From IMG/VR virus record IMGVR_UViG_2548876944_000011: 7,409 nucleotides of DNA; one strand, 5' to 3'. This document shows, in pieces, positions 5,122 through 7,409 of this stretch; within the stretch, counting starts at the first letter, position 1, and every line of letters begins with the position of its first letter. The stretch is from a virus. Its lineage: Duplodnaviria > Heunggongvirae > Uroviricota > Caudoviricetes. A program made the position numbers and the translations under genes. The notes below the pieces were generated by a model that saw only the letters and a list, made by a program, of their open reading frames with translations, had not been told where the DNA came from and made no database searches.

Positions 5122-6435
5122 ATGATCAAAGAGACTGTTACGATGAGTCATAAGGAACTCCACCGACTTCAGATTATTCAGGAACAAGCTGCGGCACGCA
5201 TTGGCATTTCTATTCGGCAGGTTAAACGTCTGGTGCAACGGTATAGAAATGAAGGGCCTTCTGGTCTGGTTTCCCACCGACGTGGAAAGCGTCCTAATAA
5301 TTCCTTTTCTACTGAATTCAGAGCAACAGTAATTTCACTCCTCAAAGGCCGTTACGCTGATTTTGGACCTACGTTTGCGTGCGAAAAATTGCGCGAGATA
5401 CACGGTTTATCTTTATCCGTTGAAACTCTCAGAAAGTGGATGATAGAAGAGGGGTTATGGCGTGAACGCCGTCGTAAAATTGCCCGTATATATCAACGCC
5501 GCATGCGACGACCATCTTACGGTGAACTGATCCAGATTGATGGCTCACCTCATGACTGGTTTGAAAATCGAGGCCCCAGATGTACACTGATCGTTTTCAT
5601 TGATGATGCCACCAGTGCGTTGATGGCGTTGCGTTTTGTGCCTGCTGAAACAACCCGGGCTTACATGGAAACCCTCCGGGGTTACCTTAATGATCATGGC
5701 GTACCGCTCGCTCTCTACTCTGATAGACACAGTATATTCAGGGTAAATAACCCAGAGCGGGAAGGTGAGCTGACCCAGTTCACTCGTGCGATAAAGACAC
5801 TGGGCATCGAGCCAATCCATGCCAACAGCCCGCAGGCAAAAGGGCGGGTAGAGCGCGCCAATCAGACACTACAGGACAGGCTGGTCAAAGAAATGCGGCT
5901 TCAGAATATCAGTGATATTGAAACAGCAAATGCATGGTTGCCGACCTTTATTGAAGCCTATAACAACCGGTTCGCTACGTCGCCTCGTACTACTGATAAT
6001 GCTCATCTTGATGTGCACCATTCTGAAGAGGAACTGGGTTATATCTTCAGCCTACAGGCGAAGCGCGTTCTGTCTAAAAATCTCACTTTCCAGTACAAAA
6101 GCAGTGCGTTTCAGGTACGCAGTGAGGGCCGGGGATATCGACTTAGGCATTCGGTTGTTACTGTATGCGAGAACTTTGACGGTGAAATTAACGTTCTGTA
6201 TGACGGGAAAGCGCTGGGCTGGGAAAAGTATGTTGATGGCCCGGAGCCTATACCACCGGATGATGAAAAGAGTGTCCATGAACGAGTGGATAATGCCCGT
6301 ATTGATTTACGCTCAAAATACTATGTTAAACCTAAAGCTGACCATCCCTGGCTTACGCGCCGAACGCAAAGTCATCAGCAAGTTAAGCCCCCGAAGTTAC
6401 CTAAAAAGAAGCCTGATCCCGATAAAAAAGATTGA
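5122..6435 (+). CDS. DDE transposase with an integrase-core (rve-type) fold, 437 aa; IS481-like or ISNCY-like, family not assignable by eye
   Basis: Track ORF. N-terminal HTH region (RIGISIRQVKRLVQRYRNEGPSGLVSHRRGKRP). Candidate catalytic triad in QIDGSPHDW, LALYSDRHSIF and NSPQAKGRVERANQTLQDRL. Basic lysine- and proline-rich C-terminal tail. Confidence 0.85.
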   Translation: MIKETVTMSHKELHRLQIIQEQAAARIGISIRQVKRLVQRYRNEGPSGLVSHRRGKRPNNSFSTEFRATVISLLKGRYADFGPTFACEKLREIHGLSLSVETLRKWMIEEGLWRERRRKIARIYQRRMRRPSYGELIQIDGSPHDWFENRGPRCTLIVFIDDATSALMALRFVPAETTRAYMETLRGYLNDHGVPLALYSDRHSIFRVNNPEREGELTQFTRAIKTLGIEPIHANSPQAKGRVERANQTLQDRLVKEMRLQNISDIETANAWLPTFIEAYNNRFATSPRTTDNAHLDVHHSEEELGYIFSLQAKRVLSKNLTFQYKSSAFQVRSEGRGYRLRHSVVTVCENFDGEINVLYDGKALGWEKYVDGPEPIPPDDEKSVHERVDNARIDLRSKYYVKPKADHPWLTRRTQSHQQVKPPKLPKKKPDPDKKD

Positions 6436-6830
6436 AACCAAGATCGATTCGGTTGAGTGCATATCCATTCATAGGGTAGATTCTTAAGTCGCGTTTCTGG
6501 TGTTCATTTTCGGGTGGTTTGTTACTTGTTTTACCGGGGATATGCCAGAAACGCGCTGAGTCAGTCTGGGCGGTGCGCGTAATGAGGCGTTATGGTAAAT
6601 AGCCTATGCTAATGTCCGCTAAGAGCAAGAAGCGGAAGTTGGCAGTTTTGTGGACTGTCCCCACAAAAGTGACTACAGAAATAGTTGCAATTCATAATTG
6701 ATCATGGGTTGTCAGTTAAACTCGTGGCGATTTAAATAGACTAATTGGGAGTGCGTCCATTACTTATATCTTGTAATGTTAACTATCAGAAATGATACAA
6801 AGATAATATGTCTTTAAAGAAAAGGCTGAT

Positions 6831-6857
6831 GGCGAAAAGTGGCCCGATGAGGGCCAC
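6831..6857 (-). terminator. rho-independent terminator of flxA
   Basis: Perfect 7-bp stem GTGGCCC/GGGCCAC (6839..6857) with a 5-nt loop. On the minus strand it is followed by TTTTCGCC. It lies 15 nt downstream of the flxA stop codon. Confidence 0.55.
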
Positions 6858-6871
6858 AATACGGCTGTCAC

Positions 6872-7204
6872 TTAGACGTAAATATCAATGGTGCCAGCGG
6901 TATTTGTATCGTCTTTTTTCTCTTCTTTTTTATCAGGCTGAACTGTCGCGTCTTCATTCTTTTTCTCTGCCTGCTGCCTTAACAACTGCTCCAGTTGAGC
7001 CCAGAGGCTTTCAATTTGCTTCTGTACCAATGCAGCCATTTCTTTTTTCTGCTGTGTCGTCATCCCCTCTTCCGATGAGATTTTCCCAAGCTTTTCAGTC
7101 AGCACCTGAATTTGTCTTGTGATTTTGGCTATTTCTGATGTTCCTTCCGGGGCGGAGTTGTTTGAAATAACGGTTGAGGTATTTCCCTGAATTGTGACAG
7201 ACAT
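6872..7204 (-). CDS. flxA: FlxA-like protein, 110 aa (prophage-borne gene of the flagellar sigma-28 regulon)
   Basis: Track ORF MSVTIQGNTSTVISNNSAPEGTSEIAKITRQIQVLTEKLGK... AGGAG lies 6 nt upstream of the ATG. A sigma-28 promoter lies upstream. Recognised from memory as FlxA. Confidence 0.85.
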   Translation of the reverse strand: MSVTIQGNTSTVISNNSAPEGTSEIAKITRQIQVLTEKLGKISSEEGMTTQQKKEMAALVQKQIESLWAQLEQLLRQQAEKKNEDATVQPDKKEEKKDDTNTAGTIDIYV

Positions 7205-7226
7205 AGATTTCTCCTTTTAAAAAAGC

Positions 7227-7253
7227 ACTATCGGCATGCACAAAAAAATCTTT
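7227..7253 (-). promoter_or_regulatory. sigma-28 (FliA) class 3 flagellar promoter of flxA
   Basis: Minus-strand reading TAAAGATT, 11-bp spacer, GCCGATAG, against the consensus TAAAGTTT-N11-GCCGATAA. It lies about 25 nt upstream of the flxA Shine-Dalgarno. Confidence 0.6.
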
Positions 7254-7387
7254 AATCGTATTTCTTGTGTCATTAATTGTTTGATGTTCAGATTGTTTTC
7301 CTCGCGGGCTGGCGCGCCTCAGAAAGTAAAGCTTGTTGACAGGGGTAAACGTTCGTAGACTGGCCCCCTGAATCTCCAGACAACCAG

Positions 7388-7407
7388 TATCACTTAAATA
7401 AGTGATA
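7388..7407. promoter_or_regulatory. palindromic operator-like site TATCACT-N6-AGTGATA
   Basis: 7-bp inverted arms at 7388..7394 and 7401..7407. The half-site TATCAC resembles lambdoid operator half-sites. It sits at the window edge, so its context is unknown. Confidence 0.25.
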
Positions 7408-7409
7408 GT

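Larger units (their letters stand above)
4936..6784 (+). mobile_element. insertion sequence with a single DDE transposase gene; boundaries tentative (about 1.85 kb)
   Basis: A 12-bp perfect inverted repeat: AGTTAACATTAC at 4936..4947 and its reverse complement GTAATGTTAACT at 6773..6784, flanking the transposase ORF. A chance 12-mer inverted match between arms of this size is unlikely (rough estimate below 0.01). No clean target-site duplication was seen, and the repeat does not extend beyond 12 bp. Confidence 0.4.

Noticed and set aside
5050-6487. ORFs overlapping the transposase (5050..5277 minus, 5545..5820 minus, 5912..6487 plus, 6052..6279 minus)
   Set aside because: These are alternative frames inside a well-supported 437-aa transposase ORF.
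6808-7122. 104-aa plus-strand ORF
   Set aside because: It is antisense to flxA, which has a matching ribosome-binding site, sigma-28 promoter and terminator.
1-7409. CRISPR array, tRNA or rRNA genes
   Set aside because: No array of regularly spaced identical repeats with unique spacers was found, and nothing resembling a tRNA cloverleaf or rRNA. The only periodic repeats are the iterons inside the replication gene.

Overview
This window is the immunity and early region of a Qin-type (DicA/DicC) lambdoid prophage from an Escherichia/Shigella-like host, read entirely by eye with no database searches. Left to right: the start of the dicB operon (ydfB, ydfA, minus strand) with its promoter; the cI-like repressor gene dicA (minus); a divergent intergenic switch with a 15-bp operator that recurs at the dicB-operon promoter; then a plus-strand early-right operon of dicC (cro-like), a YdaT-like 173-aa protein, a replication initiator with five ~23-bp iterons inside its coding sequence, a 140-aa protein and a SAM-methyltransferase-like ORF. 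After that comes ~1.1 kb of AT-rich DNA in which four consecutive reading frames are each broken by an in-frame TAA or TAG without frameshifts, then a small AT-rich two-helix membrane ORF with a consensus Shine-Dalgarno, then a single-ORF DDE transposase IS element with candidate 12-bp terminal inverted repeats. The window ends with flxA (minus strand), its intrinsic terminator and a near-consensus sigma-28 promoter. No rRNA, tRNA or CRISPR array was seen. I found no clear novel multi-gene system; the most unusual signals are the run of nonsense-interrupted frames and the orphan small membrane ORF. Gene names are recalled from memory of the K-12 Qin products.
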